Shown here piece after piece: positions 13,590 through 25,380 of a stretch of 64,000 nt of DNA. Source of the stretch: Cetorhinus maximus (lineage: Eukaryota); assembly GCF_964194155.1 (NCBI RefSeq), contig NC_135886.1:23870001-23934000 (forward strand), given 5' to 3'. Within the stretch, counting starts at the first letter, position 1, and each line of letters begins with the position of its first letter. A program made the position numbers and the translations under genes. The notes under the pieces were generated by a model, which was not told the DNA's origin, searched no databases, and worked only from the letters and a program-made list of their open reading frames with translations.

Positions 13590-14195
13590 GTTTATTTCAC
13601 TCACCTTCGCTCCTGTTTTAGTTTATCTGCTGCTGAAACCCTCATCCATGATTTTGTTACCCACATACTTGACTATTCCAAGGCACTTCATGCCAGTCTC
13701 CCACAATCTGCCTTTCATAAACCTGAAGTCACCCAACCCTCTGCCCATGCCTTAACTTGCACAAGCTCCTGTTTACCCATCACCCCTGTGCTTGTTGACC
13801 CACATTAGTTTGCAGTTAAGCAACAGCTCAATGTTAAAATTCTCATCCTTGTTTTCAAATCTCTTCATGACCTCACCACTCCCAATTTCTGTAATCTCCT
13901 CTAGCTTCACAGTTCTTCAGGATATCTGCACTCCTTTAATTCTGGCCTCTTGAGCATCCCTGATTTAAATCACTTTGCCATTAATGGTTGTACCTCCAGT
14001 TTCCTAGGCCCAAAATTCCAGAATACCCTTCCTTCACCTCTCTACCTCTCTTCCCTCCTTTAACACATGAACTAACCTCATTGACCGCACATTTGGCCAT
14101 CTGACCTAATATTTCCTGTTGTGGTTTGTTGCTGTGTTTTATCTTATAAGGTTCCGATGAATGTTTTATGATGTTAAAGATGCTACATAAATATA
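13590..14195 (+). mobile_element. L2-clade LINE 3' end, decayed
   Basis: AAETLIHDFVTHILDYSKALHASLP resembles the L2 ORF2 C-terminus (LIHAFVTSRLDYCNSLLAGLP); tail atgttaaagatgctacataaat. Confidence 0.75.
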
Positions 14196-14691
14196 AATCT
14201 TTTTTTTTTACAGACCCTCCAATGCTGGCAATGTTTTCCAATGTCAGTTCCACAGCTGCTACTCTTTAAATCATCTGTGTTCCATATGAATTCTTGTGTT
14301 TTAATTTAGTTTCAAAATAAAATCAGCCCAAAACTATCATTGCATAGTGTACGTTGTAAAACTTTCTGATAATCAGCCATCGAATATCAATCGATAATTC
14401 TGCAGTAATTGAGTCACAATCTTGCAATGTGCGTGGCAGTGCATAATCAACTACATGAAGGTTGGATATTGATGTGTACTATGATAGCTGAAAAAAAGAG
14501 AATAAAACTAACCCTTGAGATTCAAACTTAATAAACCACCCCATGCATTTTGAGCTGTATTAATACAAAATAATAAAAAAATAATTAAAACAATTTCCGG
14601 GCTGTAATCTCATCTCAGGATTCAGATAACTGACTAATTTTATCCAGTTTTTTGCCTCCCTCTCTTAGGTCATTGCATTATTTATTAGGTA

Positions 14692-15134
14692 AAAACAAAA
14701 TACTGCGGATGCTGGAAATCTGGAACAAAAACAGAAAATGCTGGAAGAACTCAGCAGGCCTAACAGCATCTGTGGAGAGGAAAAAAAATAGAGTTAACGT
14801 TTCGAGTCCGTATCACTCTTTTTCAGAGTTAGAGAGAAGTAAAGATGTGATCTCTATTTCTCTTTAGCTCTGAAGAAGAGTCATACGGACTTGAAACATT
14901 GGAGAGAAAAGAAAAATAGAGTTAATGTTTCAAGTCTGTATGACTCTTCTTCAGAGCTAAAGAGAAATAGAGATCGCATCTTTACTTCTCTCTAACTCTG
15001 AAAAAGAGTGATACGGACTCGAAACGTTAACTCTATTTTTTTTTCTCTCCACAGATGCTGTTAGGCCTGCTGAGTTTTTGCAGCATTTTCTGTTTTTGTT
15101 CCAGATTTCCAGCATCCGCAGTATTTTGCTTTTT
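14692..15134. repeat. Nested palindrome (about 210-bp arms) built from four Penelope family A terminal-repeat pieces
   Basis: 14692-14900 is a near-perfect reverse complement of about 14925-15134; each arm is itself an inverted pair; four hammerhead motifs. Confidence 0.92.
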
Positions 15135-15149
15135 TCTTAGTGTTCACTA

Positions 15150-15600
15150 AATTAGTCCCTGAGGTGAGGGGTTGTCCCATGAGGAGAGGCTGACTAAATT
15201 TGGTCTATATTCTCTGGAGTTTAGAAGGATGAGAGGTGATCTCTTTGAAACATACAAGATTCTGAAGGGGCTTGATAGTGTAGAAACCGAAAAGTTGTTT
15301 CCCTTACTGGAGAATCTAGAACATGGGAGCACAGTCTCAGGATAAAGGACCAATCTTTTAGGACTTGAGATGAGGAGAAATTTCTTCTCTCAAATTGTGC
15401 ATCTTTGGAACTCTCTACCCCAAGAGGGTTGTGGATAATCATTGAATATATTTATGGCTGAGACAGACAGATTTTTGGTCTCTCAGGGAATCAAAGGGGT
15501 GGGCAGGAAAGTGGAGCTGAAGCTGAAGATCAGCCATGATCATATTGAATGGCGGAGCAGGCTTGACGAGCCATATGGTCTACTCCTGCTCCTATTATGT
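15150..15600 (+). mobile_element. CR1 LINE 3' end
   Basis: gaggagaggctg...tttagaaggatgagaggtgatctc (EERL..L.LYSLE.RRMRGDL); 3'UTR tail tactcctgctcctat. Confidence 0.85.
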
Positions 15601-15619
15601 TCTTTACTCCATGTACACT

Positions 15620-15860
15620 ACCACATTACCCTCATGAACTCTATTACCTAATCAGAAAACTCAATCAAATTAGTTAAACACGATTTACTCTTAACGAATG
15701 CATGCTGGCTTTACTTAATTAAGCCACATTTGTCCAGGTGACTGTCAATTTTGTCCCAGATTATTGTTTCCAAAAGCTTACCACCACCAAAGTTAAACTG
15801 ACTGTCCTTGCTGGGTTTATCCTTACTCTCTTTTTGAGCAAGGGTGTAACCTTTCATGAT
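15620..15860 (-). mobile_element. CR1 RT fragment
   Basis: GKLLETIIWDKIDSHLDKCGLIK followed by a QH.F...SCLTNL-like sequence. Confidence 0.75.
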
Positions 15861-16009
15861 TGGAGTACAAGCAGCTGTTTTTAAAATCCAGTATCTCAGT
15901 TTATGGAGCCAGTTTAGCAGGTGTAAAGTGGTTTTGTTTTCACTCAATGCTAAATCTATGTGTGGAAATCTTGGGGGGGGTCAGGAAATATACTGACTTT
16001 GCGATAAAG

Positions 16010-16320
16010 TGGGTTGAGATTGCTTACTCCTGGCAGTCTTTCCTTTTCACCCCGGTGGGGCCTTACCCTGGATTAAGGCTGCATTTGCACAATAACAGCA
16101 GCTTTACACCAATACTAAACACTGTGTGATTATACAATCAAGCATTGTGATGACTTCAGTCTTTGACAGACATTGGCTTGACCACAGCAAAGAGATCAGA
16201 AACCTAGATTACTCTTTATAGGACAATGTAGATAGCACTCAGTATGAAATTTAGGGTGGGCTGTAAAAGAGAGGCAATAGGCAGCTTGCTCACTTTGTAG
16301 ATATAATTCAATTTTAACCC
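16010..16320. mobile_element. Possible old MITE
   Basis: Terminal GGGTTGAGATTG ... CAATTTTAACCC inverted repeat (10/12 match). Confidence 0.4.
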
Positions 16321-17392
16321 TCTAATTTTGTCTCCTTTCTTCTCTGAACTCATTCTTTGGCACAATTTCATTGGAATCAGATGTCCTTGACTCAAATCTT
16401 TGTGTGGGCACAACCAATTAGTGTGAGCATGCTAATAGTTCATGACTGATATCACAGCTACACTGGTCCCCAGGTATCACACTTTCCAGCACTGGATTGC
16501 AATTTGAAACCAAGATTGTGGCTGAGCTTTTATTCCTCACTTTCTAGCCCAGCAGCACTGAATGCAATCTTGGCGGCTCAGCTACTGAAACAAGTAGGTC
16601 AACACGGACACAGGAATAGAACCTGGGAGCATCTGATTTACATGCTTTTATACTGCACCAGGCATAAGAAGTCGGTGGGGGGAGGAAGAGAGGCTCGGGA
16701 GTTCTTTCTTAGTCTGATTGATTGCTAATTCTGAAGCCTGGAATAAAGCATTACCACATTACTGCTCCTTATATTATGAATAATTAAGAATGAGTGGTGA
16801 AAAGGCAGTAATCTGATTAAAAGGTTGAAATTACATCATATACTGTTCATAGCTGTTATCTAAATTAGATTAATGCCTGGAAAAATCTCTTTTTTTTAAT
16901 TTAAATGTAATTTGGCTTCTTTCTCTGACCTTTCCTCTCAAAATAATGTTAAACAGAGGTTTTTTCTACCTGTGTTGGTGGACATTGAAGATCATATAGT
17001 ACTTTCCGTGGTTGATCTTAAAAATGGATTAACTAGTCATTAATCTCCTTGCCATTTGTGGGAGTTTGCTAATAAATAGAATAGTTCACTAAAGGCAGTG
17101 GTGGACCTCCAGTATTGTGGTCAAGAAGTATTTTGTTCATATGCGTATAACCAAACTCTATATTCTCATGAGTACCAGTAATTGGGGCTAGAAGTCTAAG
17201 CTGTTTCTTCCATCCCTAACCTATGAACACTGAGGTCAATTGCTCTGCCTCATCTTGACTCTGATTTCTAACTCAGTGCAGATCAGAGATTAAACCTGGT
17301 TATTTCCAAGTCTGCGTGGGTCAGTATTACAGCAGGCAGTGGTACAACCCATTGGAGTGGTGGTGGGGTTTTTTAGCCATTACAAATTTTCA

Positions 17393-18410
17393 TTTGGTAG
17401 TACAGAACTTGAATATTGCTGAGAAAAGAGACATGTCTAAGCTTTTTGTTTTGCACTCATCAGGACACTTTCAAGAATACCAATATAAGAGGGAAAACAA
17501 CAATTTATACTGTAAGTGAAGAGAGTGCTAATTGGTTGGCAAGTGGCGTTGCCATGGAGAATGCACCACTGATTGTGACTGACAGTTAACTGCTAGGCAT
17601 TGTTCGAAATTTAAACCAAACGGCTCGACTCTGATTAGTCCAGGCATTGCCCTGAGGAAGGAGTCAGTGAATGGCTGTCACTTATTTTGTTTAGCTGAAA
17701 CAGGCGCAATGTGTATACATGTTCTTTCTGTCTGCAAAGAACAGGGCCCTGTGTTTTAATATATGTTGCTTCCAGGACACGCAAATGCGCCACATTGCGA
17801 GCCCTACTGACAATCTTAAATTGATTATTTAGCAAATGTCCAATCGCAGAATCACATCTAATGTTGGACACACTGTTTTGAGTTTTGCAAGCACAGGCTG
17901 TTTGGGTATGGCCTGTACCCTGCCCGTTGTGAACAGACTTCGGGACACGTGGTCCACGTACTGAGCATCACACTGTCACTGAAATTCATATACCACATTA
18001 CTAATTTATGTGATATGCAGAAAGTCTTTTTGGCTTGATAGCAGCATTATGTTAGTGGTGAATACCACTTTTGTTGCTACTGCATAGTAGCAGCGTGAAA
18101 CAGTTAGCTTTAGCTGTTGCTCAAATTTTTGAGCTAGTTTGCCCTTCCAGGGTAATCTGAGGTAGACTGGGCACTTTTCAGGGCTGAAAGTGACGGCCTT
18201 AGGCCCGTTCATGAGTTTGTGTGATATGCAGTGCAAAATGTGTTCGGATTCTTACAGTTCCACGTGCTATAAGATTGGTCTTATCGGCAACCTTGTAAAT
18301 AGGGCCCACGCCATTTGCTCACCATGCAAGCTTGATGCTGAAATAGGGCACATCAAAGGCTTCCTGCAAGATAATGGCTACTCTGATCAGATCATTTTGC
18401 GCTGTATATG
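17393..18410 (-). mobile_element. Penelope-like family B element: pLTR plus endonuclease (minus strand) with an inverted 5' segment (about 18245-18410, plus strand)
   Basis: RVLEATYIKTQGPVLCRQKEH and PEKCPVYLRLPWKG on the minus strand; YKIGLIGNLVNRAHAICS...NGY on the plus strand; hammerhead remnant at 17439-17463. Confidence 0.85.
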
Positions 18411-19325
18411 CAAAAAGCAATGGAAAAGCTTATTTTGCAACGAAACAGCTAAACGATTTGCCAAGGGACCCTATATTAAATGCAGCTCTGAGTAACTTGA
18501 TGTAGACAATATGATTGTGAGACTAGCCTTCAGTTTGTTTTATGATCCCATCATCTTCTTGTTGCCAAACAGCCTGAGTCAGCAGAGGGACTGGAAATGA
18601 ATTCTTCCATTTCATTGTGCTGTCTCTGCCTTAATTGTAGGGAAGGCTAATTCCTATTGAGGGCAAGAGGTGAAATGTGATGATATTGAATTATGGTCAT
18701 TACTATTCTAACAAGATTTACTCTTATTTTTAAAAAAGGAGTGCTTTCAATATGAGTCAGATAGATCTTAAAGTATTTTCTTCAATGTACAGCCTCCCTG
18801 TCTAAGTGTGAAATGAATCATGGTTGTAAACTCCAATCGTGCCCTTTGTGACATGTTTTCCATTTCTTCGATGAAGAAGGTATCACTGGGACCTGGTTCC
18901 CATAGTAACAGGTGCTGGTTGCTGAATGATGTGGCCAATGAGAGACTCACAGTAGTAATGCTGCTTTTAAAAATACACCCAAGGGAGGTCTAAGCTGAAG
19001 CTTGAATTTTATTAAAGGATTTCTTTTCGACAGATGTTGGTCATTTAACATTGTGAATTTTCAGTTTAGAGACTGTCTTGAATTGGGACACCTCAATGCT
19101 ATTGTATTCCAGGATGACCTTAACCCTGAACTCTTTGAAATGAAAGACAATTACACCCTGCAAATTTAAAAAAAAAAGTTTTTTATGTCATTAAATAAAA
19201 TATTACATATCCAACAAAACTGGTGGAGGTACAGGGAAGACTTTAGAAGAAACCTGACAGTTTCTGGTTGCGCATGGTCATTCTTAATTGCTGGGTGTGA
19301 AAAGGGACAAATAACTGAGGAGCAA

Positions 19326-19590
19326 AGAAAGAAAGAACTTGCCTTCGTATAACACCTTTCATATCCTCAGGATGTGCCGAGATTTGTTGTGATGTAGGAA
19401 AATGCAACAATCAATTTGCATAAAACAAGGTGCAACAAACAGCAGTGAGATAAATGACCAGATAATCTATTTCTAGACATGGTTCAGGGATAACTCTTAG
19501 CCAGGACATCGTAGGAACTCCCCTTTTCTTCGAATAATGCCTATCATTTGCGTCCAAGTGCAAGGGCAGATGGAACCTCAGTTTAATGGC
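19326..19590 (-). mobile_element. Deu-domain SINE, partial
   Basis: Homologous to 37740-38030 (aaagaacttgc...aaatgaccagataatct...cttcgaataatgcc...cctcagtttaa). Confidence 0.7.
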
Positions 19591-19687
19591 TCTGTAACTC
19601 CTACATTATAGACCCGGTCAACAAGGATATCCTTAGGAGTGATACTAGAAAAAGCATGTTATGCATATGCAAAGCCTGTTTTATACA

Positions 19688-19814
19688 AGGCAGAATTTTA
19701 CACCCCTGTTGCGGCGGGGGCAGGCCCATAAAATGCGGTGAGCCGTTCAAAGATCCATTGACTTGGGCGGGACCAGAAAATCCCACCAGCAGGAGGGGCT
19801 GTATAATTCCTCCC
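19688..19814 (+). mobile_element. About 125-bp Harbinger-like MITE
   Basis: AGGCAGAATTTTAC...GTATAATTCCTCCC termini; shares ccataaaatgc / tccattgactt / aaaatcccacc with 58743-58868. Confidence 0.7.
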
Positions 19815-20162
19815 ATCATTTTTCTATTAGTGATGGTTCTATAAATAATGCACATTTTTATTTGAGCTTATATTAGATTTCCATAGCCTTGGCCATTCGT
19901 ATCTCTGTAATTCCTCCATCGCTTGAACCTTTATTAACTCGCGCTAGCTCGGTCTCTGTTTTCTTATGCAGCCCTTTCCCTTTGCTCCACCATTCCTCAT
20001 AATACTTCTTTCTTTGGTTTACATCTTACTTTTTTCTTTATGCAACTGTGAAGCACCTTAGGACATTACCTACATTAAATACATAAATGCAAATTGTTAC
20101 TGAAATGGTAATCAGTGAATCCTATCTTACATTTATCCTAACACCCATTTATGTAATATATT

Positions 20163-21400
20163 GGCCGGGATTTTCTGTGCCCACTGGTTTTGGGCGTGCT
20201 CAGTGGTGTGAGCGGACAATATGGTACAATCAGTTTCATGACAGCGTGAAACCAGTTTGCGATCGTTCGCCCAGCCGCCAGGCTGTGTTTCCCGCAATCG
20301 GACGTCAGGAACCTCATTGTAACACATCTGCACGTTATTATTAAACCAGCCCGCTGGAATCACACACACCCCCCCCCATGTCAGTGTGAAAACATGCCAA
20401 CGTGTTTCACAACAGCACATAAGTGACGTGCACCTGGTGGGCTGCACTTCGCTCGGGACTTCAAGGTTTGTTTGCCTACCTTGCTTCGGTCAACACTCGC
20501 AGTCATCAGCACCAGGCTTCACAGGCAGCACCACGTCACTTTTAGGAGGGGACACGACATGTCTCTACCTCCCTAAGTGGGTGGCTTTTCAATGGCTGCA
20601 GGGCTAGGGCTTGCTTGGCAATGGGGGAGAAGTGTCCTCAGGCAAGGGAGGAGGCTGCAGGATGAGGGCTGTACTGGGGAATGATGGTAACCCAGAGTGT
20701 GTGTGTGGGCACATGTTGACCTGTGCAAGTGGCCTCAAGACGGTGAGGGCTGAGGAAGCAGAGTCCAGAGGAGACAATGCCAGATGGATACGTGAGGGTA
20801 TGTGTGTGAGAATGGATGGTGATGTCCCTTGATCCGGCAGTGAATGAGATGCCAGTGAATGTGTGATGGGCTTGCGTGTGTGAGTTTAGAGTGGTGAAAT
20901 GGTTGCCATACTCTAGCTGCATGGACAAGATCATTCATCCTCTATTTGCATTGGATGGCCAACCTCTTCTATGCAACATTGGCAATGATCACCATTGCCA
21001 TTGCCTCTCAAGCCTGGTTGGTCATGCTGCTGCCCATCCTAAGGCCAGAGAGGGGGTAGAAGACATCACGGCAGGCCTCCATAGTGCCCAAAAGGCATTC
21101 CAAACCTGGAGCTGCAGTCTTTTTGCCTTTCATGAACATCTTCCCTGAAGCAGACCTGGGCTGGAAGCACTGAGATGTGTGCACTTGCCTGGACTTTAAA
21201 TGTGGCGCCCGGCATAATGAAGTGGTGTGGCAGGTGAATGAGAGACCACCCGCCATCGAAATGGTGTGTTTGCCAGGAATGCATAACTAATGTGACACGT
21301 TTGGGATAATACGGTGTGAAAACCCGCTATTGCGGCCTGGGGGTAAAACGTTTTATCCGCCCGCTACCGTGCTTAGTGCAAATCTGGGACAATTCCACCC
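20163..21400 (-). mobile_element. PIF/Harbinger internal-deletion derivative carrying a decayed Myb/SANT-like gene
   Basis: TIR-like ends GGCCGGGATTTTC / GACAATTCCACCC; 3-bp ATT on both sides (20160-20162, 21401-21403); Myb-like remnant inside. Confidence 0.8.
20910..21140 (-). pseudogene. Harbinger Myb/SANT-like DNA-binding protein remnant
   Basis: KGKKTAAP..LECLLGTMEACRDVFYP.SG...TNQA*EAMAMVIIANVA*KRLAIQCK*RMNDL fits the trihelix pattern W..I...N...R...QC.K...DL with three in-frame stops. Confidence 0.75.
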
Positions 21401-21403
21401 ATT

Positions 21404-22077
21404 GGCCAGGATTTTCCCCTCGGCGATTTGGGGGCAGGGCTTGCTCACTGAGGGGAAAATGACGCGGGATGATGTCGGGAGGAAAAACCGACATCATCCC
21501 GGGCCATTCAAATCATAAGGAAGGCAGGCGGACAGCAAAATCAGCTGTCCGCCCGCCGACCTGTCAATGGCCAATTAAGGCCAATGACAGGCTCATTAAG
21601 ATAGTTAAATGCCCTGCTCGGCCAACCTTTAGGCTGGCGGGCAGGCCAGGAGCCCCAGCGGCCTGTAGATTATTAATGAAACTTCATCCAATGGCAGGAT
21701 GAAGTTTCATTACCGGTTTGTAAAAATGTAATAAATTTTATGAGTTTGTTATCAACATGTCCCATCTCGTGTGACATTGTCACATGAGGGGGACATGTTA
21801 ATAATTTTAAAATGTCTCAATTTTTTGACTTTACTTACATTTCATTATACTCCCTGAGACAGGACTTTGCGAAAGAGCGCACTTTGACAGCTGGGGACTC
21901 CCCCCACCCCTGCACAGGAAGAGCATAGCGCTTCCTGTCGGGCAGGCTGCTGGGTGGGCCCTAATTGGCCCGCCGACTCAAAATGGCGGCGGGCCCCGTT
22001 TCGGCGGTGGGGTTTGACTGCCCGCCCACCACTGAGCCGGTGGGGCCCGCCTTCTCACCAAGGGCAAAATTCTGCCC
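21404..22077 (-). mobile_element. Multi-hairpin Harbinger-like MITE, copy 2 (diverged subfamily)
   Basis: GGCCAGGATTTT ... AAAATTCTGCCC TIRs; reverse-complement homology to 1855-2576 (ccgccatttt..ggcgggccaatta.ggccc). Confidence 0.85.
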
Positions 22078-24012
22078 GTTGTTTCTCTACGCAGCTAGCA
22101 CTAATGGTATCTGAGTTATTCACGAAAGTATTTTTGATAATTACTTTACCCTTGCAAACCATATGTCAATATACAAATTATGTACATATTCTGGAATATA
22201 ATTTGTCTTTTAACATAATGACCATTAAAGTTTCAATAAGATGAGACACATTTGAATTTTTGGAAAGCCTGTTGTATAATTAATACTAATTAAAGATGGA
22301 TCTATAATGTTCAGCTTCTTTGAAAAGCCATTTACAATAAAGTTCTGATTAGCTTCTGAGATTTTTTTCTGAAATCATTACATCAATGCAATGTTGGGGC
22401 AGAAAGGTTACTGAGTCTGGGACTGTAGAGGAGCCTAATTAATACACAAGAGTGATGGTTTGTTGGTTGTATCTCTGGAAATATTAGTTCAGTTTCTCAT
22501 ACATTCATACTCTGTACTCCAACAAACCAGCACCCTTGTTATTAACATTCATTGCTTCAACAAAAATATTAAAAAATGGACAGGAAAAAATGTTCATTAA
22601 AATGCTTTAACTATTTCTAAAATAAATCTGATGTAAAAATGTTAGTTTGCTATTTACAGAATACACAGTGCAACCATGCTCACTCATTTAGAATTTCAAT
22701 ATGTTGTAACCTGTGGTCAGTGTGCGTGTCCTTGAGCTGTATGCTGCATTACAGAAGGCATATTAGTTTATCTGCATATGGAAAACATTACCCTAGCTGT
22801 GTCTGTTGTACTACTTATAACTGTCTGCTCTGCTGAAGGTGTTGACTTGCTCAGTTGTGGTTTTATGTGTATTTCACGCACATGATTGTTCTTATTGTGT
22901 GAGAATGTATAGTGAGTGTTGCCAGACAGTTTGCCTATGAAAACATTGCAGCTGCACCCAATGTTGTTCCCATCTGATGTCCACAATTTGCATGATCCAG
23001 TTCAGTCAACGGATAATAAGAAAGAGTGGAAGCCGTGGCTGATTTTCGTCATGCTAGGACAGAACTGTTCAGTTCCCCCAAGATACAATATATTAAGATA
23101 TTCGTGTTGGGACTGACAGAGCAACAATATGGATTTACACCAATGATTCCTCTGCACATTAAGTTTGCGGCCTGGACTATGCTTTTGTGTGGAGATACTG
23201 AATAGCTTCCAGCAATTTTCCCACATGGGTCACCCTTGGTCACTCTTGCATCCTTTTGCTGGCCACTCTCATTTGTTACAGTGTCCCTGGGCTAAAAATG
23301 GGAAAAAACTGATCACTGTTTAATGACCCCTTACTGGAAAGTGTACATTTGCGGACATCGGGTGAGGACAACTTCGGGCTCAGTTGTGGTCGCTCCTGGA
23401 TGTGGAGAGCTGTCTGCATGATGCAGCATCTTCAATAAGGGAGAAGGCAATTGGAGGTAGTGGTGATCTACAGGACCCGTAACCACTTTTAGTTATGAAG
23501 CTCTGCTATAATTATGCAAGGCTGTACACTTCCTACAGCTGTTTATAATGCCCTGTTCGACAGTCAGAGTCCTGCTGCAATAGTTTCCTTTAATTGTTCT
23601 CAGCTAATAAAAGAACCATGAACAATGATTGTTCTTTGGATGTTGCAGTAAGGGGCTACCATAATACTGTACATGGTGCAAAAATGTTGATTAGAGTAAT
23701 TTAGCCTTGTCAAAACACAGTGAAAAAAGATTGTTGTTTCCATGTTTATTATCTGGAATGTTGATGCAAGCCAGGGCAAGTGAGGCCCAGAAGAAAGGAA
23801 ACTGAAATCCTATATGAGAGCTAGACCTTTCTGAAATATTGACAGAGAAGTATAAAGCATTTTGCAGAACCACTGTTTTGTGCCACAACTCAACAGCTGC
23901 TCTGTAGCAAAAACTGATGATTTTTGATTGTTTTTAAATGCACAAGTTTAAAGCAGAGGGGACACAGTCAGACAGTGACAGGTGGAAAATAAATCACCAG
24001 ACCTACTGTACC

Positions 24013-24703
24013 GGTCTTGATTTTGGACTTTAGCTTATATTGGGCAGAGCAATCACCATTTCCACAGCATGTTTGCAAGAGGCCTGAAAAAAATGTAATG
24101 CTCAAGCCACATTTAAATCGAATTTGCCAGCTGCCTGTGCAGTTTGAGTACCAATCGGCAGGTCCCCATTCTGGGTTGGGATCCAGTAGTCCAGCTACAG
24201 GGCATGAGTCTGTAGTGCCATATTAAAAGGGAGGACAAGGTTAATTGGAGGAGAAAGGAAAAGAATCATGAAAGGGTAAAGGATTGTCAGCAAGGAACAG
24301 GGACAGTAATTATGCTTCCCATGATGCCCAAAAGGTACCATATTGACTGCTTTTTCATCTGGCCAGATCTGTGTCCAGTGAGCTTTCTAAGGAGCATCAG
24401 TTCTATCCATTTCCTGCTCTGTAGAATGGGTGGGTCCAGCACTTAGTGGGTTCTCCACTGTCCTCTGCCAAAATGCCATTAGGATCCTAATTATGTCATA
24501 GGACCCATATTTACATGGAATAATGAGACCTGCCGAGTAACAGCAGGACTGCTGTCCGCCTAACCTGAGGCCCCATTGAAAGCTGCAATAGGCAGGCCTC
24601 GGGTGAGGAGTCAACACTAAGTCAGTCAATCCTTGCAATCATCATCTTACTACTGCTTAATTCCCACTAAAAATGGGGCAATAGAGACACCAAAATCAGG
24701 GCC
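24013..24703. mobile_element. Harbinger-like MITE
   Basis: TIRs GGTCTTGATTTTGG / CCAAAATCAGGGCC (12/14). Confidence 0.6.
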
Positions 24704-25138
24704 TTGTGTCTTGGGAGAAATGAGGATTGGACGGACCACCAGCTGCTAGTTGAGAGGTACCATTAGGGCATAGGTTTTCACTTGGGAAAATTCAGAATAA
24801 GATGGAGCATGGACCAGAATGGATTATTTCTCGGTACATCCCTTGATTCTCAAGCTGACCATTGTGAATGGAGCTCATTGGGGCAAGGAATACGATGTAT
24901 CAGCTTATATATTTTCAAGGTTCTTTCAAGCTTAAGTCTGTTTGATGAGGGGGAATACTTCTGTAACTATTGCTGGAAAAGTATGGTTGATTTTTGTGCC
25001 TGTAGAGTGCTAATTGTATAATGCCTGCCACCTTATACTACAAAATTTGTAGCATTGTCTCAAGCAATAATAGATATTTTTGATTTTCATACACTGATGA
25101 ACCCTGCATAGATATTCCATTTTACTGGTCTCCCACCT

Positions 25139-25380
25139 GGCTGCTTAGCTCAGTTGGCTAGTTGGCTAGCATGTGCTTCAGAATAATGCCAACAGCATGG
25201 GTTAGATTCCTATTCTGGCTGAGGTAGACTTGGGACCTGCCTTTTCACCCTGTCCCTGAGAGTGGAAAGCAATGACAAACCACTACTGACAAAAACTGCC
25301 AAGAAAATGGCTCAGAAAAAAGCATCAGCAGACAATGAGCCAAGGACCTGCCTTTGGGTAAAGCAAAGACATGACATGAG
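25139..25380 (+). mobile_element. Probable tRNA-derived SINE
   Basis: A-box-like TAGCTCAGTTGG, B-box-like GGTTAGATTCC, short repeat tail acatgacatga. Confidence 0.5.

Noticed and set aside
14692-15134. CRISPR-like array or prokaryotic system
   Set aside because: The repeats are inverted retroelement termini with no repeat-spacer periodicity and no cas genes; the context is eukaryotic.
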